Below are positions 1 to 6,802 of a DNA stretch of 20,468 bases, one piece after another. Source of the stretch: Isosphaeraceae bacterium (GTDB lineage Bacteria > Planctomycetota > Planctomycetia > Isosphaerales > Isosphaeraceae); NCBI GenBank assembly GCA_041750675.1, contig JBGSYY010000408.1, positions 1 to 20,468 of the forward strand. The letters are read 5' to 3'. Each line of letters opens with the position of its first letter. Position 1 is the stretch's first letter. The position numbers were made by a program, and so were the translations under genes. The notes under the pieces are model-generated. The model was not told the DNA's origin. It worked only from the letters and a program-made list of their open reading frames with translations, and did no database searches.

Positions 1-21
1 TTCAACACCCCCCGGCCGACT

Positions 22-131
22 TCCCGGCGACCATACCGGCGGGGCCACACCCGTTCCCATCCCGAACACGGCCGTTAAGCCCGCCGGGCCTATGATAGTG
101 CCTCTGGCGCGAAAGTCGGTTATCGCCGGGT
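22..131 (+). rRNA. rrf: 5S ribosomal RNA
   Basis: Sequence cccggcgaccataccggcggggccacacccgttcccatcccgaacacggccgttaagcccgccgggcc...tcgccggg aligns along its length to bacterial 5S rRNA (E. coli rrf). Helix I closes with cccggcga/tcgccggg. The internal loop C/loop E region (ccgaacacgg...gtta) is conserved. It is followed directly by a terminator. Confidence 0.85.
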
Positions 132-143
132 CCTATACCCACA

Positions 144-192
144 AGCCGCCCCGGCTTCACCATTCCAAGGTGAGGCCGGGGCGGCTTTGTTT
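144..192 (+). terminator. Rho-independent terminator of the rRNA operon
   Basis: Perfect 12-bp GC-rich stem agccgccccggc / gccggggcggct, extendable through tcacc/ggtga, with loop attccaa. It is followed immediately by a T-run, tttgttt (186-192), 12 nt downstream of the 5S rRNA. Confidence 0.7.
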
Positions 193-288
193 GCGCGCTT
201 GACACAGATGGCTTGTTCTCCGGCTACAAAAAAAGCTCTCTCCGCCGCATCTGTGGCGAAGAGAGCCTTCATTGAGCCATTTCATGAC

Positions 289-1395
289 TCAGAGCAGGTT
301 CAGCACACGGTCGGCAAAGCCCTTCTCGCCCAGCACGACCTTCAGCTCACCGCTCATGGCGATCTTCTCCAGAACCTCCAGTTCACGCATCCGCATCAGT
401 GTGGGGTTCTCGGCCAGCAGTCGCGCCGTGTTGGCCTGGCTGCGCAGGGCAGCCGTCTCTTCCCGTCGCGTAACGAGGTTAGCTTCGGCGGCCTTCTTGG
501 CCTCCGTCACCTTGTTCATCAGGTCCTTCATATCGCCCGGCAGGATCAGGTCGCGGATTCCCAGCAAGGCAACCTCCAGCCCCAGGCCCGAGGCGCGGCT
601 TGCCAGAATCGCGGCCGCTTCGGCGGCCACGGCGTCCTTCTCCGAGAGCAGCATGTCCAGCTCGCGGCCGTTGACGACCGCGCGAAGGGCGAGCTGCGCC
701 TCGCGATACAGCGCCTGCTTGAAGTCTTCCGTCGCGCAGACGGCTCGACGCGCGTCGACTACCCGATACGTCGCAACGGCGTTCAGCCGCAGCGTCACCT
801 TATCGGCGCTCATCAAGTCCTGGCCCACAAGGTCGAGCGTTAACTCGCGTACATCCACTTCAACGACCCGAACGTCCGCCGCACCCTTCCAGAACGCCCA
901 CGGGCCTGGGTCGAGCGTCTCGATGTAACGGCCGTCCAGGAACAGCACACCCACGCAGCCGCGATTGACCGCGCCCAGCTCAAGCTGCTCGCGAGCCGTC
1001 GGGCTACGCAGGATCGTCTTCAGATCGGCGTGCTCAAAGCGTTCGCACTGGACAGCCACCACCTCAACACGCACGTCGCGGAAGTTCGTCCAGTAAACGT
1101 GCAGGCCCGGCCCCAGAATCCGCGCAAACCGGCGGTCGATCCAGACCAGCGCGCGCTGATCGTCGCGCAGGTCGACGACCTGCGCCAGACCCTTGAGCGC
1201 GCCCGACTTGACGATCATGTCAAGCTTCTCGTGAACGAGGAACGGCGCACGCTGATCGACAACAACCACGGCCAGATCATCGAACGGATCAAGGAACCGG
1301 TGAATGCCGGCCTCAAGTAAGCCCTGAAACACGCCGTCGCGGTGCAGAAGGCCGATCTCGGAATCGCGGATCTTGAATCGCTTGAAACAGAACAT
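289..1395 (-). CDS. slipin / SPFH (band 7, stomatin-prohibitin-flotillin-HflK/C) family protein
   Basis: 368-aa ORF. The central region has an SPFH-domain profile (…VVEVDVRELTLDLVGQDLMSADKVTLRLNAVATYRVVDARRAV…EAQLALRAVVNGRELDMLLSEKDAVAAEAAAILA…GLEVALLGIRDLILPGD…) followed by a C-terminal coiled-coil/Ala-Glu-rich tail typical of stomatin-like proteins. Codon bias matches the other genes here. Confidence 0.8.
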   Translation of the reverse strand: MFCFKRFKIRDSEIGLLHRDGVFQGLLEAGIHRFLDPFDDLAVVVVDQRAPFLVHEKLDMIVKSGALKGLAQVVDLRDDQRALVWIDRRFARILGPGLHVYWTNFRDVRVEVVAVQCERFEHADLKTILRSPTAREQLELGAVNRGCVGVLFLDGRYIETLDPGPWAFWKGAADVRVVEVDVRELTLDLVGQDLMSADKVTLRLNAVATYRVVDARRAVCATEDFKQALYREAQLALRAVVNGRELDMLLSEKDAVAAEAAAILASRASGLGLEVALLGIRDLILPGDMKDLMNKVTEAKKAAEANLVTRREETAALRSQANTARLLAENPTLMRMRELEVLEKIAMSGELKVVLGEKGFADRVLNLL

Positions 1396-1882
1396 GAAAC
1401 GGCCTCCTGGTTGAAATCTCCACCCTTTCTGAAAAGACGACTCGACGCAGGTGGATCGATCGGACGAGTCGGGAATGATGAGCTATCATCAACGAGAACG
1501 AAGCGGACAAAATCAGACCTTGGGAGACGGACGACCGTCGGCCACGCGTCAACGACGCGGAGCACCACATGAGCCATAGGCTCCAGAGCCGTCATCGCGG
1601 CGGACCGAAGACCACTCGGACGCGCGGGGCTTGTCCCGCACCAAACGCCCAAGGGCCGCCGGACTCAACGCGATTCATGCAATGGAACGAAGTGGATTCC
1701 GTGGGCTACAGGGCGTCGATTCGCGCTGAACGCGTGCGCCGGACCGCCACGGTGAGGTGCAACCCCCCTCGTAACGTCCCTCTCACGCGGACAGGCCAGC
1801 CGTTCGTCCGTCTCCTTCCAGTCATCAATGAGCGAGATGTGTGCACATCCCGTTGAAGGTCGGCCGAGGCCGACCAACGGCG

Positions 1883-1957
1883 TGTTGTGGGCGGGAGTCG
1901 AACCCGCGACACCCAGGTTAATAACCTGGTGCTCTATCCAATTGAGCTACCACGAAC
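1883..1957 (-). tRNA. tRNA-like gene with an anomalous anticodon loop (uuAUUaa, anticodon AUU) and a bulged acceptor stem; possibly a pseudo-tRNA
   Basis: The reverse complement shows a canonical D-arm (ta gctc aattggata gagc), anticodon stem ccagg/cctgg with the 7-nt loop ttattaa, variable region gtgtc, T-arm gcggg ttcgact cccgc, and 3' acceptor ccacaac + a. The 5' acceptor gttCgtgg needs one bulged C to pair. The anticodon AUU is not used by normal bacterial tRNAs. Confidence 0.45.
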
Positions 1958-2067
1958 CGACTCCGCCCCGGTTTTCATCCCCTTCACGGAACACGCCCCA
2001 CCGATCGCCAAAAGAGACGAGGCGAGCGCGCCGCGGGCCTGACGAAGCCAGCCGCTTGCTTGCAAAG

Positions 2068-2139
2068 AGACGCCGGTGGGAGTCGAACCCACTTCAGACC
2101 GGTTTGCAGCCGGCCGCCTGACCGTCTGGCTCCAGCGTC
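2068..2139 (-). tRNA. tRNA-Cys (GCA)
   Basis: Reverse complement gacgctg ga gcc agacggtca ggc g gccgg cuGCAaa ccggt ctgaa gtggg ttcgact cccac cggcgtc t. The 7-bp acceptor includes one G.U pair, the T-loop is TTCGA, and the discriminator is U73 as expected for Cys. Position 8 is G, which is atypical. Confidence 0.75.
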
Positions 2140-2157
2140 GTTTCGATCGAAAATCCA

Positions 2158-2228
2158 TGTCCCCGCCAGGAGTCGAACCTGGCCCTCGACCTTCGCAGGG
2201 TCGTGTGCATCCGACACACCTCGAGGAC
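2158..2228 (-). tRNA. tRNA-Arg (GCG)
   Basis: Reverse complement gtcctcg ag gtgt gtcggat gcac a cgacc cuGCGaa ggtcg aggg ccagg ttcgact cctgg cggggac a. The cloverleaf is complete and the discriminator is A73. The anticodon GCG, with G34 in the CGN box, is unusual for bacteria. Confidence 0.7.
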
Positions 2229-2252
2229 GTCGGCAAAACCAACCACCGTCAA

Positions 2253-2325
2253 TGCCCTCGCCAGGAATCGAACCTGGTCTACGGCGTTCGAAGCGCCGCG
2301 TGCGACTCCGGCACACTCCAAGGGC
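2253..2325 (-). tRNA. tRNA-Arg (UCG)
   Basis: Reverse complement gcccttg ga gtgt gccggagtc gcac g cggcg cuUCGaa cgccg taga ccagg ttcgatt cctgg cgagggc a. The D-stem gtgt/gcac is the same as in the neighbouring Arg gene. Confidence 0.7.
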
Positions 2326-2350
2326 GTTTCCTTCCATATAGAGGACTCAG

Positions 2351-2420
2351 CCGGGACGCGAGGATTCGAACCTCGTAGACGGGTTTTGGAGGCCCGCGGC
2401 TCTCCCAAGAGCACATCCCG
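2351..2420 (-). tRNA. tRNA-Trp (CCA)
   Basis: Reverse complement cgggatg t gctc ttggga gagc c gcggg(c) cuCCAaa (a)cccgt cta cgagg ttcgaat cctcg cgtcccg g. The anticodon loop cuCCAaa and discriminator G73 fit Trp. There is a C.A mismatch at positions 31-39 and the D-region is short. Confidence 0.65.
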
Positions 2421-2444
2421 AATCGTCATTGAGCTGTCAAAAGG

Positions 2445-2532
2445 CGGAGGGCGGGGGATTCGAACCCCCACGCCCGCGAACGGGCGCACTCGCTAGCAAC
2501 GAGGCCCGGCCAGCCGTATCCGGCTACCCTCC
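2445..2532 (-). tRNA. tRNA-Ser (GCU), type II with long variable arm
   Basis: 88 nt. Reverse complement ggagggt ag ccgg atacggctgg ccgg g cctcg uuGCUag cgagt gcgcccgttcgcgggcgt ggggg ttcgaat ccccc gccctcc g. It has a long variable stem-loop and G73. Confidence 0.8.
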
Positions 2533-2547
2533 GTAAGCGAACAGAAG

Positions 2548-2618
2548 TGGACCGCCGGGGAGTCGAACCCCGATTTCCGGGTTGCAAGACCGGTGTCTTT
2601 CCCTTGGACCAGCAGCCC
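2548..2618 (-). tRNA. tRNA-Ala (UGC)
   Basis: Reverse complement gggctgc tg gtcc aagggaaa gaca ccgg(t) cuUGCaa (c)ccgg aaat cgggg ttcgact ccccg gcggtcc a. The acceptor carries G3:U70, the Ala identity pair, and the discriminator is A73. Confidence 0.7.
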
Positions 2619-2652
2619 ATCGAACCAAAACCTCCAGCGCGAAAAAGGGGAG

Positions 2653-2725
2653 TCATCCCGGCAGGACTCGAACCTGCGATCTCCTGTTTGTAAGACAGGG
2701 GCCTTCGCCTCTAGACGACGGGACG
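2653..2725 (-). tRNA. tRNA-Val (UAC)
   Basis: Reverse complement cgtcccg tc gtct agaggcga aggc c cctgt cuUACaa acagg agat cgcagg ttcgagt cctgc cgggatg a. U8 and A73 are present. Confidence 0.8.
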
Positions 2726-2751
2726 AGTGAGGCAGCAGCAACAAGCGCGAA

Positions 2752-2819
2752 TCCCAGGCCCCGGTATCGATCCGGGCGGCCAGGCTCATGAGGCCCGGCG
2801 GAGCACCTGCTCGCCTGGA
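2752..2819 (-). tRNA. degenerate tRNA-like element with a CAU anticodon loop (Met/initiator-like remnant?)
   Basis: 68 nt: tccaggc|gagc aggt gctc|c|gccgggc cuCAUga gcctggc|cg|cccgg atcgata ccggg|gcctggg|a. The acceptor pairs well apart from U1.G72, and the anticodon stem is 7 bp. It lacks nucleotides 8-9, has a 2-nt variable region, and carries a non-canonical T-loop (ATCGATA). Confidence 0.35.
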
Positions 2820-2841
2820 GAGCAGCGAAGTGGTGAGAAAG

Positions 2842-2929
2842 TCGCCGGGGGGAGGGTCGAACTCCCACGCCCGCTGGTGTGGGCACGAGTTTCTGAGACT
2901 CGCGCGTCTGCCTGTTCCGCCACCCGGCG
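2842..2929 (-). tRNA. tRNA-Leu (CAG), type II
   Basis: 88 nt. Reverse complement cgccggg tg gcgg aacaggcagac gcg cgagt cuCAGaa actcg tgcccacaccagcgggcgt gggag ttcgacc ctccc cccggcg a. Strong similarity to canonical bacterial tRNA-Leu (tggcggaa…agacgcg), with A73. Confidence 0.85.
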
Positions 2930-2958
2930 ATCATTCGAGAACCAAGGCAAAAGTCGAG

Positions 2959-3033
2959 CGCCCCCGGTGGGATTTGAACCCACGGCCTTCTCCTCGACAG
3001 GGAGACGAGCACTCCGGACTGCTCCACGAGGGC
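2959..3033 (-). tRNA. tRNA-Asp (GUC)
   Basis: Reverse complement gccctcg tg gagc agtccggagt gctc g tctcc cuGUCga ggaga aggcc gtggg ttcaaat cccac cgggggc g. It has G73. Confidence 0.8.
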
Positions 3034-3059
3034 GACACACGGCTTCGGACACCAGACAG

Positions 3060-3143
3060 CGGAAGGAGAGGGAGTCGAACCCTCAAGGCTCATCGCTCGG
3101 TCGTTTTCGAAACGACTGCCGTCACCCATCGGCTTGCCCTTCC
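3060..3143 (-). tRNA. tRNA-Ser (CGA), type II
   Basis: 84 nt. Reverse complement ggaaggg ca agcc gatgggtgac ggc a gtcgt uuCGAaa acgac cgagcgatgagccttg aggg ttcgact ccctc tccttcc g. It has a long variable arm and G73. Confidence 0.75.
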
Positions 3144-3150
3144 CAGAAAG

Positions 3151-3225
3151 CTCCGGCGGCAGGAATCGAACCTGCGGCAACCCGGTTAACAGCCGGTCGC
3201 CCGTACCAGCACAAGCCCCGCCGGA
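3151..3225 (-). tRNA. tRNA-Asn (GUU)
   Basis: Reverse complement tccggcg gg gctt gtgctggta cggg c gaccgg cuGUUaa ccgggt tg ccgcagg→ T-arm gcagg ttcgatt cctgc cgccgga g. It has the classic cuGUUaa loop and G73. Confidence 0.7.
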
Positions 3226-3242
3226 AAAGCACAACGAAACAG

Positions 3243-3315
3243 TCGGGGCGGCCGGATTCGAACCGGCGGTCTCCTGCTCCCGAAGCAGGCGGATTTCCAG
3301 GCTCTCCCACACCCC
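3243..3315 (-). tRNA. tRNA-Pro (CGG)
   Basis: Reverse complement cggggtg tg ggag agcctggaa atcc g cctgc uuCGGga gcagg agac cgccgg→ T-arm gccgg ttcgaat ccggc cgccccg a. It has C1:G72 and A73, both Pro-typical, and an AGCCTGG D-loop. Confidence 0.8.
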
Positions 3316-3391
3316 GAATCCAATCGTGCTGATTGCTGGATGTTGAGACAAAATCGTCACCCGTGACTCACAATTCAGCAACCCCAAGAAA

Positions 3392-3463
3392 AGTGCCCAG
3401 CGGGATTCGAACCCGCGCTTCCGCCATGGCAAGGCGGCAGGCCAACCGCTACCTCATGGGCAC
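3392..3463 (-). tRNA. tRNA-Gly (GCC)
   Basis: Reverse complement gtgccca tg aggt agcggttgg cct g ccgcc uuGCCau ggcgg aagc gcggg ttcgaat cccgc tgggcac t. It has U73, which is Gly-typical. Confidence 0.8.
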
Positions 3464-3501
3464 TTTTGTGGATGCGACATATTGTCAAAGAATCGGACGA
3501 G

Positions 3502-3573
3502 AGCACCGGGCGGGCCTCGAACCCGCGTCTCCGCGTTACGAAAGCGGAATCCTGCCCATTGGACGACCAGTGC
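3502..3573 (-). tRNA. tRNA-Thr (CGU)
   Basis: Reverse complement gcactgg tc gtcc aatgggca ggat tccgc(t) uuCGUaa (c)gcgga gac gcggg ttcgagg cccgc ccggtgc t. There is a U.C mismatch at positions 31-39. Confidence 0.7.
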
Positions 3574-3597
3574 AACCATCTCGGTGAATCTTCCGAA

Positions 3598-3670
3598 TGG
3601 GACCCGAGGGACTCGAACCCTCACCACCCTGGTTAAGAGCCAGGTATGCTGCCGCTAGCACCTGAGTCCC
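3598..3670 (-). tRNA. tRNA-Lys (CUU)
   Basis: Reverse complement gggactc ag gtgc tagcggca gcat a cctgg cuCUUaa ccagg gtggt gaggg ttcgagt ccctc gggtccc a. It has A73. Position 8 is A. Confidence 0.75.
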
Positions 3671-3700
3671 CTTTCATCCGATCTCTGTCCTTCATGAAAG

Positions 3701-3772
3701 TCGGCCCGGGAGGAGTCGAACCTCCGCCTGGCGGTTATCGGCCGCCGGTTCTGCCGTTAAACCACAGGCCGG
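3701..3772 (-). tRNA. tRNA-Ile (GAU)
   Basis: Reverse complement cggcctg tg gttt aacggcag aacc ggcgg ccGAUaa ccgcc aggc ggagg ttcgact cctcc cgggccg a. It has A73. Position 33 is C. Confidence 0.7.
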
Positions 3773-3808
3773 ACGATCAAACGTCGGCGCGCAGCGGGAG
3801 CGCGGAAG

Positions 3809-3880
3809 TGGGTCGGGTGGCGCTCGAATCCACGTCTGCGGCTTTTCAGGCCGCCGCTAGACCATCTCAGCTACCGACCC
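3809..3880 (-). tRNA. tRNA-Phe (GAA)
   Basis: Reverse complement gggtcgg ta gct gagatggtct agc g gcggc cuGAAaa gccgc agac gtgga ttcgagc gccac ccgaccc a. It has A73. There is an A.G mismatch at positions 53-61. Confidence 0.7.
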
Positions 3881-4243
3881 GCGCGTCATTTCGATCAGAC
3901 AGGTAACAAGCACGGCCGGACGTCCCTTGGTAAAGACGCCCGGCCGTCCCGGGTCTCATCGAGATGTCCCGTGGAGGCGATTAGGCGTCAGGGTTCATCG
4001 CAAAACCCGCCGCGCACGCTGGTCGTCGATCCGCCGTAAAACTGGCGATCCGCCGTATCTGCCGTGGCTGGGTCCAACTCGCTCTCAGCGACGCCCACAT
4101 CACAACCTCCGTCTCTTCCTTCAAACCTTTGTCGATCCCCGCGAATGCTTCCCGGCCCGAGGTCTCACAGCCGGCACGCCCATGCAGACGCCGCCGCCTC
4201 TCAAGATGTTCGCGCGTTTCCGTGAATTTTTTGAAGCGTCCTC

Positions 4244-6802
4244 TCAGGGCTGACCGGCCGACGCGGGCTGGCCTGCCGGTACGGGTTCCAGCGCGACCTC
4301 AAACGCCTCATCCAGCATCTCGGGAAAGTGAAAACGAAGCTGCGAGCGAACTTCCTCCGGGATGTCCTCAATGTCGGCCTCGTTCGCCTTGGGCAAGATG
4401 ATCTCGGTGATCCCCGCTCGGTGCGCTCCCAGAACCTTCTCCTTCACGCCGCCAATCGGCAGAACCCGGCCGCGGAGCGTGATTTCCCCCGTCATCGCCA
4501 CATCTCGACGCACCGGCCGACCCGACATCGCCGATGCCAGCGCGGTCGCAATCGCCACGCCCGCCGATGGTCCGTCCTTGGGAATCGCCCCGGCCGGAAC
4601 ATGGATATGCACCTCAATCGATCCCAGCCGATCACGTGCAATTTTCAAGTCGCTGGCGTGAGTGGCGGCATACGTCAGCGCCGCGCGGGCCGATTCCTTC
4701 ATCACATCGCCGAGCTGCCCGGTCAGAATAAGGGCCACCTGTCCCCAGCCGGTCGCTTGCGTAATCGTCTCGGCCGTTGGCGGAGGGGGCAGGGGGGATT
4801 CCAGTCGGCGGATGGCCGCCTCGACGAACATGATGTCGCCGCCCGCCGGCGTGTAATACATCCCCGTTGCCACCCCAATCTCATTCACTTCACCGATCCG
4901 CTCAGGATGCACCCGTGGCCGACCCAGTAGCTCACGTACGTCGGCCGGCTCGATCCGCGCGTCCACCTTTTCGTCCGACGCAAGCTTCCGCGCCAGCTTC
5001 CGCGTGACCGCGCCGATCTGCCGCTCCAGTTGACGCACCCCCGCCTCGCGCGTGTACTGGCTCACGATCGTCATTACGGCGTCGTCGCTGAACACGATCT
5101 TGTGGTCCGATAGCCCTGCTTCCTCGACCTGTCGCGGTATCAAATACGACTTGGCGATCTCCGCCTTTTCCCGCTCCGTGTAACCGGCGAAATCAACCAC
5201 CTCCATGCGGTCGAGCAACGGCCCCGGAATGTTCTGCAGGAAATTCGCCGTGGCGATGAATAAGACCTCGCTCAAATCAAACGGTATGTTCAGATAGTGA
5301 TCCGTAAACGTATCGTTCTGTGCGGGATCAAGAACCTCAAGCAACGCGCTCGCCGGATCGCCCTGAAACGAGACCCCAAGCTTATCGACCTCGTCAAGCA
5401 GGAAGACCGGATTCTTCGTCCCCACTTGCTTCATTCCTTGGATGATCCGTCCCGGCATCGCCCCCACATAGGTCCGGCGGTGGCCTCGAATATCCGCTTC
5501 ATCGCGCACGCCACCTAAAGCCGCACGAACATACTTACGCCCCAACGAGCGAGCAATCGACTTCGCGATCGACGTTTTGCCCACACCCGGAGGACCCACG
5601 AACAGCAAAATCGGCCCCCGCGCCATGGCCCGCGCCTTCACCTCCGCCTGGTCGGTAATCATCTTTCCAGGTTCATTGTTCGAACCCTTCAGCGAGGGAT
5701 TCGCGGTGTCGCGCGTCGCCATCAGACGGTCAAGCGGGCACTCGCCATTGCGGTCCACCTCTTCCGCCAGTTGCCGGGCCCGAAGCTGCCGCACCGCCAG
5801 GAATTCCAGTATCCGGTCTTTTACGTCCTGCAGGCCGTAGTGGTCCTCATCCAGCACCTTCGCTGCGTGCCGCAGGTCGAGATTGTCGTCCGACCTCGCG
5901 TTCCAGGGCAGTTCGGCAATCCACTCCAGATACGTGCGGATGACCTGGGCCTCCATCGACTCCCGCCCCGCTCGCTCCAGCCGCGCCAGCTCACGCTCGA
6001 CCTCGACCCGGGCCTCGCTCGGCAGCTCCAGCTTGGTCAATTTCTCCCGCAACGCCACGATCTCACGATTCTGGTCGTCCTCCCCCAGCTCCTTCTGGAT
6101 CGCCTTCAACTGCTCGCGCAAAAACATCTCTCGCTGACGCTGGCCCAGCTCTTCCTGCACTTGCGACTTAATCTCCTCCTGCGCGACGAGCATACCGATC
6201 TTTCGCTGAACCTGGACCAGCACCCGACGCAGCCGCTCCTCGACTCCGAGCGTCTCCAGCAGTACCTGCTTCTCATCCACCGGCAGCTCGATATACCCCG
6301 CCACGAGATCCGCGAATGGACCCGGCTCGACGACCGAATCCATCACGTTGTGCAGCACCTCCTCCGGCATATCCCGCAGTTGACCCAGATCCATCGCACG
6401 CTCGCGTGTTTCGCGATACAGCGCCGCGAAGGCGGCGTCCGCTTCATCCGCGGGCGGAATCTCGGCCACCGGGCTGACGTCTGCTCGCAAATACCCCTCG
6501 CTACTGTTGTACTGTGCGGCCGTCGCCCGCGCCTCACCCTGCAGCAGAAGCTGGACGCCGCCCAGCCCACGCTGAATCTGCCCGATCCTCGCGATGACGC
6601 CCATCCCATAAAGCTGGTCCGGGGTCGGCTCCTCGGCCGTGTCACGCTGCGCAACGGCGAAGATCAGGCCATTCCCCTTCTTGACCGCCGCCTCGATCGC
6701 CCTCAACGTCCCAGGCCGTCCCACACCGATCGGTGAGGTCACTCCCGGAAAAATCACCGAACCACGCAGCGGCAAAACCGGGAGCGTTTGTTGCTCAAAC
6801 AT
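4244..6802 (-). CDS. lon: ATP-dependent Lon protease (endopeptidase La)
   Basis: 852-aa ORF with the Lon N-terminal domain ([42 protein letters not shown]…), an AAA+ module with Walker A ([15 protein letters not shown]) and Walker B (LLDEVDK), and a C-terminal protease domain with the catalytic Ser motif ([19 protein letters not shown]). Confidence 0.95.
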   Translation of the reverse strand: MFEQQTLPVLPLRGSVIFPGVTSPIGVGRPGTLRAIEAAVKKGNGLIFAVAQRDTAEEPTPDQLYGMGVIARIGQIQRGLGGVQLLLQGEARATAAQYNSSEGYLRADVSPVAEIPPADEADAAFAALYRETRERAMDLGQLRDMPEEVLHNVMDSVVEPGPFADLVAGYIELPVDEKQVLLETLGVEERLRRVLVQVQRKIGMLVAQEEIKSQVQEELGQRQREMFLREQLKAIQKELGEDDQNREIVALREKLTKLELPSEARVEVERELARLERAGRESMEAQVIRTYLEWIAELPWNARSDDNLDLRHAAKVLDEDHYGLQDVKDRILEFLAVRQLRARQLAEEVDRNGECPLDRLMATRDTANPSLKGSNNEPGKMITDQAEVKARAMARGPILLFVGPPGVGKTSIAKSIARSLGRKYVRAALGGVRDEADIRGHRRTYVGAMPGRIIQGMKQVGTKNPVFLLDEVDKLGVSFQGDPASALLEVLDPAQNDTFTDHYLNIPFDLSEVLFIATANFLQNIPGPLLDRMEVVDFAGYTEREKAEIAKSYLIPRQVEEAGLSDHKIVFSDDAVMTIVSQYTREAGVRQLERQIGAVTRKLARKLASDEKVDARIEPADVRELLGRPRVHPERIGEVNEIGVATGMYYTPAGGDIMFVEAAIRRLESPLPPPPTAETITQATGWGQVALILTGQLGDVMKESARAALTYAATHASDLKIARDRLGSIEVHIHVPAGAIPKDGPSAGVAIATALASAMSGRPVRRDVAMTGEITLRGRVLPIGGVKEKVLGAHRAGITEIILPKANEADIEDIPEEVRSQLRFHFPEMLDEAFEVALEPVPAGQPASAGQP

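Noticed and set aside
187-928. Two 218-aa ORFs on the + strand (187-843 and 272-928)
   Set aside because: They lie antisense to, and in alternate frames of, the well-supported slipin gene. They are Arg/Ala/Ser-rich and low-complexity, which is typical of GC-rich shadow ORFs.
1958-2067. Possible additional tRNA in the 110-bp gap between the first two array members
   Set aside because: No T-arm (GTTCRANYC) or complementary acceptor-stem pair could be found on either strand, so it appears to be a plain spacer.
2653-3432. 259-aa ORF (-) and 201-aa ORF (+, 2727-3332) spanning the tRNA array
   Set aside because: They run straight through a series of well-formed tRNA genes, with Pro/Arg/Gly-rich translations and no domain features. 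They are artefacts of open frames in GC-rich DNA.
3881-4243. Sigma70-type promoter for the tRNA array
   Set aside because: No convincing -35/-10 pair could be identified by eye in the 360-bp region upstream of tRNA-Phe. Promoter consensus for this lineage is unknown to me, so no regulatory feature was called.
5771-6736. 321-aa ORF on the + strand inside lon
   Set aside because: Antisense to the Lon protease gene, with a Leu/Arg/Pro/Gln-rich low-complexity translation.
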